This document shows positions 25,764-35,600 of a DNA stretch of 52,666 nucleotides, in pieces. The notes beneath the pieces are model-generated. The model had not been told where the DNA came from, searched no databases, and worked only from the letters and a program-made list of their open reading frames with translations. Position numbers and translations under genes: made by a program. The stretch lies in IMG/VR virus record IMGVR_UViG_3300027821_000001, positions 1 through 52,666 of that record; one strand, 5' to 3'. Source of the stretch: a virus. Taxonomy: Duplodnaviria; Caudoviricetes. The stretch's first letter is position 1. Every line of letters begins with the position of its first letter.

Positions 25764-27807
25764 GGCTACGCCTGACTTTAGCGGCTACGCCACGAAGGCT
25801 GGTCTTAAGTGCTCTGATGGCCGGACGATTACTCCGGATGCCTTTAAGCATCAGGATAGTGAAACTGTTCCATTGGTCTGGCAGCATAATCACAACGAGC
25901 CCGCGAATGTTCTTGGATACGCAGTCCTCGAGCACCGCGACGACGGTGTTTATGCTTATGGGTACTTTAATGAAACCGACCAGGCACAGAACGCGAAGAC
26001 GCTGGTTCAGCACGGAGACATTAAGTCGTTGTCTATTTATGCTAATCAGCTGACCGAGAAGGCAAAGCAGGTTCTTCACGGATTTATTCGTGAACTGAGT
26101 CTAGTTCTATCGGGTGCTAATCCTGGTGCACTTATCGACAACATCACTTTGGCGCATGCCGATGGCGATATGGTTACGTTGGAAGATGAAGCGATTATTT
26201 ACACTGGTTTGGAACTTAATCATGCTGATGGATCCTCCTCGGATTCAACAGAAGAGGTTACCGAAGAGGCAAAGGAAGAGACGACCGAAGAAACAACTGA
26301 AGAGGTAACTCATTCTGTAGAAGATCCAACAGTCCAAGAAGTTTATGACTCCATGAATTCTGTGCAGAAGGAAGTTGTTCACTACATGGTTGGTACTGCG
26401 CTCGCCGAGCGTGCCGCCGAACTTAAACAGAGCTCAACTAATGATTCCGAATCAACAACCGATTCGGTCGAAGAGGAGTCTACTACAGACCTTGCCCATG
26501 ATGACAATAATGAAGAGGAAGGACGGCGAATGTCCCGCAACGTCTTCGAAGAGAGCGGAGGCAAAACGGAAGAAGAGCATGTTCTCAGTCATGACGCGAT
26601 CAAGAGCATTGTCGATGAAGCTCAGAGAACTGGATCGCTGAAAGAAGCCGTCGAGCACTATGCCATCAAGCACGGCATCGATAACATTGAGGTCCTCTTC
26701 CCGGATGCCAAGACTGTTACGGATTCTCCCGAGTTTGATAGTCGGAGAGTCGAGTGGGTTTCCAATGTTATGAACGGCACTAAACACTCGCCGTTCTCCC
26801 GCATTAAGTCGCTTGTCGCGGATATTACCTTTGATGAAGCTCGAGCACGCGGCTACATCAAGGGCAATTTCAAGAAAGAAGAGTGGTTTGCCGTTTCATC
26901 GCGCAGCACGACGCCGAGCACGGTCTACAAGAAGCAGAAGCTAGATCGTGACGACATCATCGATATCACCGATTTCGATATCGTGATGTGGCTCAAGGGT
27001 GAGATGCGGCTTATGCTCGACGAAGAGATCGCTCGTTCGATTCTTATCGGCGATGGTCGTGCAGTTGACGACGACGACAAGATTAAGGATCCTGCTGGCG
27101 CATCTGAGGGTGCGGGAATTCGTTCCATTCTCCACGATCACGACCTCTATGCATCGACGATCAACGTGGACGACTCTGCACCTCCGCCGGACGTGGTTGA
27201 TGCAGTTATTGGATCCATGCAGTACTACAAGGGCTCAGGTTCTCCGACATTCTACACGACGATTCAGGTTCTCACGTCGCTGTTGCTTGCCCGAGATACT
27301 CAGGGCCATCGTTTGTGGAAGACTCCAGACGAGCTTGCTTCCGAAATGGGAGTCTCAAACATCGTTACAGTTGAAGTCATGGAAAGCGAAGATGATCTTC
27401 TCGGTATTGTCGTAAACTTGAAGGATTACACGATTGGTGCCGATAAGGGCGGGGAAGTCAACTTCTTCGACGACTTTGACATCGACTACAACCAGTACAA
27501 GTATCTGTACGAGACTCGTATTTCTGGTGCTCTGACGAAGATTCGTTCGGCCCTGGTCATCAAGAGGGCTCCTAGTGGTACAGTTCTTGTTACGCCAGAG
27601 AAGCCTGACTTCGATGGAACAACTGTTGTTGTGAAGACGACGTCTGGTGTCGTGTACAAGAATAAGGCCACTGGTGCGACGCTTACCACGGCTGCACCTG
27701 TTGCTCTGGCTGAGGGTGACACACTCACAGTTCAGGCTGAGCCGACTGCAGGTAAGTACTTTGCCAACAATCAGGACGACGAGTGGACTTTCCAGAACAA
27801 GAACTAA
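25753..27807 (+). CDS. Prohead protease-scaffold-major capsid fusion with C-terminal Ig-like extension
   Basis: FSGYA, PLVWQH, SLSI and ELSLV..GANPGA protease motifs; acidic linker; capsid domain; AGGAGG RBS. Confidence 0.88.
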   Translation: MGAEATPDFSGYATKAGLKCSDGRTITPDAFKHQDSETVPLVWQHNHNEPANVLGYAVLEHRDDGVYAYGYFNETDQAQNAKTLVQHGDIKSLSIYANQLTEKAKQVLHGFIRELSLVLSGANPGALIDNITLAHADGDMVTLEDEAIIYTGLELNHADGSSSDSTEEVTEEAKEETTEETTEEVTHSVEDPTVQEVYDSMNSVQKEVVHYMVGTALAERAAELKQSSTNDSESTTDSVEEESTTDLAHDDNNEEEGRRMSRNVFEESGGKTEEEHVLSHDAIKSIVDEAQRTGSLKEAVEHYAIKHGIDNIEVLFPDAKTVTDSPEFDSRRVEWVSNVMNGTKHSPFSRIKSLVADITFDEARARGYIKGNFKKEEWFAVSSRSTTPSTVYKKQKLDRDDIIDITDFDIVMWLKGEMRLMLDEEIARSILIGDGRAVDDDDKIKDPAGASEGAGIRSILHDHDLYASTINVDDSAPPPDVVDAVIGSMQYYKGSGSPTFYTTIQVLTSLLLARDTQGHRLWKTPDELASEMGVSNIVTVEVMESEDDLLGIVVNLKDYTIGADKGGEVNFFDDFDIDYNQYKYLYETRISGALTKIRSALVIKRAPSGTVLVTPEKPDFDGTTVVVKTTSGVVYKNKATGATLTTAAPVALAEGDTLTVQAEPTAGKYFANNQDDEWTFQNKN

Positions 27808-27819
27808 GGTAGGTCTTCC

Positions 27820-28161
27820 ATGGCGAAGTTCTTTGGTCGTGTTGGTTACGGATTCACAGTAGAAAACGAGCCTGGCGTATGGGTCGATGAGATTATTGAG
27901 CATTCATATTACGGAGATGTTATTCGTAATACTCGCAATCTTCGCGAAGGCGAGCATCTCAATCAAGACCTAAGCGTACAGAATTCGATCAGTATTGTAG
28001 CCGATGCATATGCTAATGATCATTTCTTTGCCATTCGTTATGTAGAGTGGGCGGGGGCTTTGTGGACGGTTTCGAGCGTTGAAGTGCAGAGTCCCCGTCT
28101 TCTGCTGAGATTGGGGGAGGTGTACAATGGGCCGACGCCTGCAGTTACACCAACTCCTTGA
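27820..28161 (+). CDS. Head-to-tail stopper (putative)
   Basis: Follows the capsid gene; N.ISIVAD.Y...IRYV.W.G..W.V..V....PRL. Confidence 0.65.
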   Translation: MAKFFGRVGYGFTVENEPGVWVDEIIEHSYYGDVIRNTRNLREGEHLNQDLSVQNSISIVADAYANDHFFAIRYVEWAGALWTVSSVEVQSPRLLLRLGEVYNGPTPAVTPTP

Positions 28162-28426
28162 AACGTTTACAGAAAATGTGTATTTTCAGCCACCAACTAA
28201 TATTCAGCTGAAATATCCTTGCATTATCTATAAACGAGACTTTGCGGACACTAAATTTGCGGATGACAAACCATACGATTTTGTATTGAGATATATGGTT
28301 ACGGTCATTGATCAGGATCCTGATAGTGAGATTCCAGGCAAAGTGGCTGCAATGCCAATGAGCTTATTTAATCGTTTTTATACAGCTGATAGCTTAAATC
28401 ACGATGTGTTTAATGTCTATTACTAA
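28127..28426 (+). CDS. Tail terminator (putative)
   Basis: NVYFQPP...LKYPCIIY motif; precedes the major tail gene. Confidence 0.65.
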   Translation: MGRRLQLHQLLETFTENVYFQPPTNIQLKYPCIIYKRDFADTKFADDKPYDFVLRYMVTVIDQDPDSEIPGKVAAMPMSLFNRFYTADSLNHDVFNVYY

Positions 28427-28440
28427 AGGAAAGGAAGCAA

Positions 28441-29157
28441 ATGCCAGGGCCGTTGACATGGGACGAAGTTGGCGAGCGCCTGTATGAAGTTGGCGTAGAC
28501 CATGGCGTTCTATATATTCCAAACGCGACCGGCGTTTATGACAAAGGTTACGCTTGGAATGGACTCACAACTGTTACAGAATCACCCTCTGGAGCAGAAG
28601 CTAATCCACAGTATGCAGATAACATCAAGTATCTAAATCTTTACTCTGCCGAGGAGTTTGGCGGAACGATTGAAGCATTTACTTACCCGGATGAGTTTGC
28701 GCAGTGCGATGGTACAGTGGTTCCTGCGCCTGGTATTGCTGTTAGTCAGCAGGCTCGGAAGATGTTTGGTCTGTCCTACCGCTCCCGTGTCGGCAACGAC
28801 CTCGAGGGGACAGACTTTGGCTATAAGCTACATCTACTGTATGGTCTAACCGCTTCTCCGTCGGAGAAGGCCTATGCCACGATCAATGATTCGCCGGAAG
28901 CAATTGCATTTAGCTGGGATGTAACCTCTATTCCTGCTCCGGCTACCGACCTTAAACCAACTTCTCTAATCGTGATTGATTCGACCGCAGTAGATCCAGC
29001 TGATCTTACGGCACTCGAGACACTTCTGTATGGTGCCGCAGCTACTGAACCGAAGCTTCCAACTCCGGATGAAGTAATTGCGCTTTTTCCTAGCACCCTG
29101 ATGGTTGAAACGGCTGCTGCATCGGGGGCTGCAGAGGAAGAGCCGACTACTTATTGA
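28441..29157 (+). CDS. Major tail protein
   Basis: WD..GER.YE.GVD.GVLY...AWNGLT.V.E...YADNIKY...GYKLHL.Y. Confidence 0.85.
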   Translation: MPGPLTWDEVGERLYEVGVDHGVLYIPNATGVYDKGYAWNGLTTVTESPSGAEANPQYADNIKYLNLYSAEEFGGTIEAFTYPDEFAQCDGTVVPAPGIAVSQQARKMFGLSYRSRVGNDLEGTDFGYKLHLLYGLTASPSEKAYATINDSPEAIAFSWDVTSIPAPATDLKPTSLIVIDSTAVDPADLTALETLLYGAAATEPKLPTPDEVIALFPSTLMVETAAASGAAEEEPTTY

Positions 29158-29174
29158 TGAAAGGAGGTTAGAGA

Positions 29175-29717
29175 ATGCTCATGATTGTGGTTCCAGGTGT
29201 CGAAATGTTCGACGAGCAGTCACAAGAATTTATTACCATCGATGATGTGACTTTGGAGCTAGAGCATTCTCTAATCTCACTGTCAAAATGGGAGTCAATT
29301 TATGAAAAGCCGTTCTTGGGTAAGGACGATAAAACGTCTGAGGAAGTTCTTGGCTATGTAAGAGCGATGACATTGACTCCCAATGTTCCAGAGGAAGTTT
29401 TTCTCAAACTCTCCGAAAGTAATATTACTGCAATTAACGAATACATCGACGCTAAGATGACTGCAACGTGGTTCAACGAACCTCCAGGTGCTCCGAAGAG
29501 CCGAGATGTAATTACAGCTGAGCTAATTTATTACTGGATGGTTGAATTTAGGATTCCGTTCGAATGTGAGAACTGGCATCTTAATAGATTGTTTACTCTG
29601 ATTCGAGTTTGTAACATTAAACAATCGAAGCCACAGAAAATGAGTCGTTCTGAAATTGCAGCTCGCAATCGAGAACTTAATAGACAACGTAAAGCTCAGC
29701 TTGGTACTAAAGGGTAG
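29175..29717 (+). CDS. Tail assembly chaperone (putative)
   Basis: Follows the major tail gene; LEHSL.SLSKWES...WHLNRL.TLI. Confidence 0.65.
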   Translation: MLMIVVPGVEMFDEQSQEFITIDDVTLELEHSLISLSKWESIYEKPFLGKDDKTSEEVLGYVRAMTLTPNVPEEVFLKLSESNITAINEYIDAKMTATWFNEPPGAPKSRDVITAELIYYWMVEFRIPFECENWHLNRLFTLIRVCNIKQSKPQKMSRSEIAARNRELNRQRKAQLGTKG

Positions 29718-29728
29718 AAGGAGGTGGC

Positions 29729-30535
29729 ATGACCCCTCTTGTTTGGGACGTAGTTGGTGAACGAGCTTACGAATTTGGTGTCGATCGTGGAGTTCTCTAT
29801 CTTCATGATGGCACAGTAGCAGTTTGGAACGGACTTACCAAGGTAGATGAGTCTTCTGATTCTGAATTAAAATCCTATTATCTTGATGGCGTTAAGTATT
29901 TGCAAAATTTGATTCCGGGGGATTTTTCGGGGAAACTTTCGGCATTCACTTATCCCGAAGAATTTGACAGAGTTAATGGCAATGAGACTGGCTTCTTAGG
30001 ATTAGCTTTTTATGATCAACCGGCAGAAAGTTTTAATTTATCATATAGAACACGTATTGGTAATGATATAGAGGGTGAAGAACTTGGTTATCACATTCAC
30101 ATTCTCTATAATGTAATGGCTGTTCCTGATAATCTTGGATTTGAAACTTCTAAAGATTCGGGAGCTCAACCAATTGAATTTAGTTGGACGTTAACTGGAA
30201 CGCCACCAAAAATGATAGCTGGATTTAGACCAACAATTCACATTTCTATTGATTCGACAAAATTAACTTCGGACCTTTTGCAGCAAGTGGAAGATGTGCT
30301 CTATGGAACAGATACAACAGCGCCAAGACTTCCATCAATCGACGAAATTGCTAAAGCTTTCGGATATTTGGGTTCGCTTATTATTGTTGATTATGAAACT
30401 GGTGTTTGGGCAGCTGTTGATGAAACAAATTCTTATATTACTATGATCGATGAGACTACTTTTCAGATCGACAATGCTGATGCTACTTACTTAGATGCGG
30501 TTACGTATGAAATTTCGACCACAGAGCCCAGCTAA
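29729..30535 (+). CDS. Second major-tail-protein paralog
   Basis: Aligns by eye with 28441-29157 (WD.VGER.YE.GVD.GVLY, WNGLT.V, AFTYP.EF, LSYR.R.GND). Confidence 0.82.
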   Translation: MTPLVWDVVGERAYEFGVDRGVLYLHDGTVAVWNGLTKVDESSDSELKSYYLDGVKYLQNLIPGDFSGKLSAFTYPEEFDRVNGNETGFLGLAFYDQPAESFNLSYRTRIGNDIEGEELGYHIHILYNVMAVPDNLGFETSKDSGAQPIEFSWTLTGTPPKMIAGFRPTIHISIDSTKLTSDLLQQVEDVLYGTDTTAPRLPSIDEIAKAFGYLGSLIIVDYETGVWAAVDETNSYITMIDETTFQIDNADATYLDAVTYEISTTEPS

Positions 30536-30544
30536 GGAGGTGAA

Positions 30545-31357
30545 ATGGCTACAGTTACTGGTCTTACTGCCGAACGAATGCTGGAAATTGAAGCGGCATC
30601 AGTTGTTGATGGTGATGTTGTTTCTGGCAATTTGATTCTTACCAAACACGATGGATCAACAATTAATGCTGGCGCCGTAATGGGTCCAACGGGTGCTACG
30701 GGACCGACAGGACCACCTGGTGCTACTCCAACTCCAGGCCAGATGATGATTCCAGGTGAGATCAAAATGTGGCCGAATAGTGTCCTACCTGAGTTGGCTC
30801 TATATGGGCTTTGGACTTGGGCTAATGGTGGTATATTTGACGTGGCAGCATATCCAAAAGCAAACTCGCATATTGATCCGGCGTGGAAAACTGCGATGGG
30901 TCTACCTGATCCTGGTGCTGGTAAGTTCCGAGTGCCTGATTTGCGTGGTCTCACCCCAGCTGGTCTTGATGCCATGCCTGTTGGTAGTGCGCGTGCTAAT
31001 CGTGTAGCTCGAGCTGTCGCAATTATCCTCGCAAAGAATACAGGCGAGGAGTATCATGTAGTTAGCGTTGGTGAGATGCCTTTCCATGGGCACGGTGGTT
31101 CTATTAGTCCTGCCGGAGCTCACTCGCATACTCCCGACATTAATAACGATTTCCTGACTGGTGCACGAGGAGGTGCAACTGCCGCGCTCGGTTCGGGTGG
31201 TACGGCTCGCTTCATTGCAAGTAACTCTCGATTCACCACGAATGGTGTTGGAGATCATGCTCACGGTCTGACAATTGATGGTGCTGGTGGCGGTGGTGGA
31301 CATGAGACCATGCAGCCTACAATCTTTGTTCCTTATATTGTGAAGTTGGACGATTAA
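30545..31357 (+). CDS. Minor tail/fibre protein with collar domain
   Basis: Collagen linker, PGEIKMW, FRVPDLRG, HxH motifs, H..MQP......YIVK. Confidence 0.78.
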   Translation: MATVTGLTAERMLEIEAASVVDGDVVSGNLILTKHDGSTINAGAVMGPTGATGPTGPPGATPTPGQMMIPGEIKMWPNSVLPELALYGLWTWANGGIFDVAAYPKANSHIDPAWKTAMGLPDPGAGKFRVPDLRGLTPAGLDAMPVGSARANRVARAVAIILAKNTGEEYHVVSVGEMPFHGHGGSISPAGAHSHTPDINNDFLTGARGGATAALGSGGTARFIASNSRFTTNGVGDHAHGLTIDGAGGGGGHETMQPTIFVPYIVKLDD

Positions 31358-31358
31358 A

Positions 31359-32237
31359 ATGAGAATCGAACTCGCTGGGAGCTTAATCCGCCCCGAGCCG
31401 CTAGTAATCAAATTCATCGCTAATCAAAATTTTGATGTGCAGCAGTATATTGATCTCGGTTATACTCATTTCGATGTAATTTGCATTGGTGCTGGCGGAG
31501 GTCGAGGTGGAGGAGTTGATACCGCAAACAGCGGCACTCTAGTTGTTAATTACGGTGGAGCAGGAGGCGGCGGAGGATTTCATCGAGTTCGTGGTCTACT
31601 ATCGGCTCTACCAAGTCTATGTCCAGTGGTTGTTGGTGTTGCTGGTACTGCGGGAGTCGATCGTGTTAGTAACCCTGCGTCAACCACAGATGGAGGTGAC
31701 GGTGGATATTCTTCATTCAATAATCCCACTTGTCGAGCCTCAGGTGGTAAAGGCGGTAAGCGAGCTCAATCGAATTCTCTCACAGTTTCCACAGCGGCAA
31801 ATGGCGGTGATGGTGGAATAGGAAATCGCACTACTGCTGGTGGTGGAGGTACAGGAGGATTAGCTGGTACTCCGGCCGCATCTGGTTCTGGTACGACGGG
31901 TTTTCCTGGAGCCGATGGAACTTTTCTTTATGATCCTCTTTCTCAGTATGTTGGTAAAGGTGGAGGTGGTGGAGCGGGTGGTGTTGGTAAGTATGGAGAA
32001 ACTCCAGCCACTGCTCATAATTATGCAACTGCTAGTGGACGTGGTTCATGGAATCCTGGAGATATATCGGTTTATGGATCAGCAGATAGTCCAACAAATG
32101 ATCCAGCTACATCAGCACCACAAATTGTCCCTGGAAAAGCTGGTGGAGCTAAGGCAGCACCACTAAACGGTTTGCCATATTTGTTTGGTCGATCTAGCGA
32201 TCCCGGTACTGTAATTCTTCGCTTGACAGCAGAATAA
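31359..32237 (+). CDS. Glycine-rich minor tail protein
   Basis: V.CIGAGGG.G, GGAGGGGG and V.VG.AG..G repeats. Confidence 0.75.
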   Translation: MRIELAGSLIRPEPLVIKFIANQNFDVQQYIDLGYTHFDVICIGAGGGRGGGVDTANSGTLVVNYGGAGGGGGFHRVRGLLSALPSLCPVVVGVAGTAGVDRVSNPASTTDGGDGGYSSFNNPTCRASGGKGGKRAQSNSLTVSTAANGGDGGIGNRTTAGGGGTGGLAGTPAASGSGTTGFPGADGTFLYDPLSQYVGKGGGGGAGGVGKYGETPATAHNYATASGRGSWNPGDISVYGSADSPTNDPATSAPQIVPGKAGGAKAAPLNGLPYLFGRSSDPGTVILRLTAE

Positions 32238-32620
32238 TGGCCGGTCTTATTAAGATTACACAAAAAGGTTCATTTAATAAGACTGAAACATGGCTGAGAA
32301 AAATGAAAGAGCAAGATCGACTAGCTATTCTAAATAAATACGGGTCTTTAGGTGTAAATGCTCTTTCAAATGCTACACCAATAGAATCTGGTTTAACTGC
32401 AGAATCATGGTTTTACACGATCGAACAACGACCAGGATATTACTCGATTCGTTGGCACAATAGTCATGTTGAAGATGGTATTCCAATCGCTGTCATTCTT
32501 CAATATGGTCACGGTACTGGAACCGGTGGTTACGTACAAGGTCGTGATTATATTATGCCAGCAATCCGACCGATCTTCGATCAGATAGTAGCCGAAGCCG
32601 AGAAAGCCTTAAGGGGGTGA
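32237..32620 (+). CDS. Neck/tail-completion protein (HK97 gp10-like)
   Basis: TP..SG.TA.SW, LQYGHGT..GG.V.GRDYI.PA. Confidence 0.7.
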   Translation: MAGLIKITQKGSFNKTETWLRKMKEQDRLAILNKYGSLGVNALSNATPIESGLTAESWFYTIEQRPGYYSIRWHNSHVEDGIPIAVILQYGHGTGTGGYVQGRDYIMPAIRPIFDQIVAEAEKALRG

Positions 32621-32624
32621 CCAA

Positions 32625-35600
32625 GTGGCATCCGTTGATGACAAAATTGTTGCGATTAGCTTTGAATCTACTAAATTCGAACAAGGCGTTAACAGCGCAG
32701 TCAGAGCACTCGATAAATTAAAGAAATCGCTTAATTTTCCTGAAGCGGGTAAGGGCTTGTCATCTATTAGTGACGCCTTTAAGAGACTGCAACTTGGTCG
32801 TGTAGGTCAAGCAGTTGATAATGTTAAGAACAAACTTTCGGCTCTTCGACTGGTTGGAATTGCGGTACTTTCGAATCTAGTAATTGAAGCTGTTCATGCT
32901 GGCGCAAGAATGATCAAAGCCTTAACGCTTGATCCAATCATGCAGGGCTATCATGAGTATGAGACTAAGCTAACTGCAATTCAGACGATTTTGTCTAATA
33001 CTCACGCTGCTGGCGTTAAGTTGAAGGATGTTACCAAAGCGCTTAATGAGCTGAATACATATGCTGACAAAACGATTTACAATTTCTCCGAAATGACTCG
33101 AAATGTTGGTACCTTTACGGCTGCTGGTGTAGATCTGACGACAGCGGTGGCTTCAATCAAGGGTATCGCAAACCTAGCTGCAGTGTCGGGCTCAAATGCA
33201 GAGCAAGCATCAACGGCAATGTATCAGCTTTCGCAGGCGATCTCAGCAGGAACAGTCAAGTTGCAGGATTGGAACTCAGTGGTCAACGCTGGTATGGGCG
33301 GTACACTATTTCAGCGTGCTCTAACACAAACTGCTGAGCATATGGGTACGCTGAAAAAGGGTGCTGTTACGCTCACCGGCGCAATGAAGAATGTTACGAT
33401 TAACGGAGAATCTTTCCGACAATCGCTTGCCTCAGCTGGACCAGGAAAGAAGTCTTGGCTGACGTCGGATGTCTTGACGAGTACGCTTAAGCAGCTTTCG
33501 GGCGATATGACTGATAACCAGTTGAAAGCCGAAGGCTATACCGATGCTCAAATCAAGCTGATCCAGACTCAAGCTAAGATGGCTGTACAGGCTGCAACCC
33601 AGGTTAAGACTCTCTCGCAGCTACTCGATACGACCAAGGAAGCAATTGGTTCGGGTTGGGCCCAGACCTGGGAGCTGATCTTTGGTAACTTCGGCGAAGC
33701 CCGAACATTGTTCACAGGTCTATCCAATGCGATCAACGGTTTCGTCAGTGCCAATGCAGCCGCCCGTAACAAAGTACTAAGCGATTGGAAAGCTCTCGGT
33801 GGTCGGACCGTTTTGATTTCCGCCCTGAAGCAGGCTTTCCATGATTTGGCCGCAGTGGTTAAACCGATTAAGGATGCTTTCCGAGACATCTTCCCGGCCA
33901 AGACGGGCAAAGATCTTTACAACATGACCTTGCAGTTTAAACGATTTACTGAAATGTTGATGCCAAGTCCGGCAACAGTTGAGAATTTGAGACGCACTTT
34001 CCGCGGATTGTTTGCGCTCCTGGACATTGGCAAGCAGATAGTCAGTGGTATCTTTATTGTCATGGGTAAGTTCTTCCAGGCCGTTGGTGTTGGGAGCGGA
34101 GGTTTTCTAGATCTTACTGGTAGTATTGGCGACTTTCTAGTTTCGGTCGATCAGGCTTTAAAGAAGGGTGATCGACTTCACAATTTCTTCGTCAAAATGG
34201 GAGACATTCTTGCTGTTCCGGTAAAAGCAATCGGCAAGTTGCGAGATGCTTTGCTAAGTTTGTTCTCCGGATTTTCCCCGGGGGCGTTTTCTGGACAACT
34301 TGATTCGGCGACCCAAGCAGTGACACCATTGCAAAAAGTGGTTGAAGCACTTACTACTGCTTGGGCAAATTTCCTCGACGGTTTTAGCAATACCGGTCAA
34401 GTCTTGCAGCCCGCAGTGGATGCAATCGTTACTGTGATTCAAGGCCTAGGTCCAGCCATTAACGCAGCTCTCTCAAACATGAATTTCGAAGCAATCCTGG
34501 CTGTTATTAGAACCGGTCTGTTCGGTGCTCTGGTTGTGATGTTCAGACAATTCCTGGGCAAGGGCAGTCTGGCTAAACAATTGGCTGGAGCTGGTGGCGG
34601 AATTCTTGGCAATATTGCTGGCTCATTCAAGGCACTCGAGGGCTCGATGGTAGCTCTCCAGCAGAACATCAAAGCAAAGACTCTGAAAGAAATTGCGATT
34701 GCTGTTGCATTGCTGTCGCTTTCGATTGTTGCCTTGTCCTTTGTTGATCCAAAGAAACTCAATGCTTCTTTAGTTGCAATTACATTTGCTTTTGCTCAGC
34801 TATTGGGTGCGATGGCGATTATGGATAAGATCGGCAAATCGGGCGGTTTCATCAAGATGCCGATTATTGCCGGATCGCTGATTCTTCTAGCTGGTGCGAT
34901 CGACATCCTTGCTATTGCAGTAATTGCGCTTAGTCGACTCAGTTGGGGAGAATTGGTAAAGGGTCTTGGCGCGGTTGGATTCTTGTTGGCTGGGATTGCG
35001 ATCGCGGTAAAACCATTGTCTTCAGGTTCAATCCAAATGGTTGCTGTTGGTGTTGGTCTTAATGCAATTGCGGTAGCCTTGAATATCTTGGCCTTCGCCG
35101 TAGCTAAGCTTGGCGGAATGGATACAGGTACACTTGCCAAAGGTTTGGGTGCCATTGCGATCGCCCTTACTGCCATTGGCCTAGCTGCAAAACTAATGCC
35201 TGCTAATATGCTGATTACGGGCGCTGGTTTGGTTGCCGTAGCTTTCGGTCTGCAGATTATTGCTAAGGTAGTGCAGAAGTTTGGTGGGATGGACTGGCGA
35301 ACAATTGGCAAAGGTATGATAGCTATTGGTGGAGCACTAGTAGTTATTGCCGGTGCAATGCAATTGATGCCAACGAATATGATTGTTACAGCAGCCGGTC
35401 TGTTAATTGTCTCGTTTGCGCTCGGGAAAATTGCTGCTGCAGTGCAGAGTATGGGCGGAATGTCAATCGGTGAAATCGCCAAAGGCTTGGGTACTCTAGC
35501 TGCCTCATTGGGAATCTTGGCAATTGCTTTGTACGCGATGTCAGGAGCAATCGGCGGTGCTGTTGCGCTAGGAGTAGCTGCAGCAGGATTGGCTTTGCTT

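Noticed and set aside
29175-29717. Programmed frameshift in the tail assembly chaperone
   Set aside because: No second overlapping frame is evident; the next gene is a tail-tube paralog with its own RBS
17407-31211. Diversity-generating retroelement TR/VR pair between fibre genes
   Set aside because: Differences are mostly synonymous and not adenine-specific, and no reverse transcriptase is encoded
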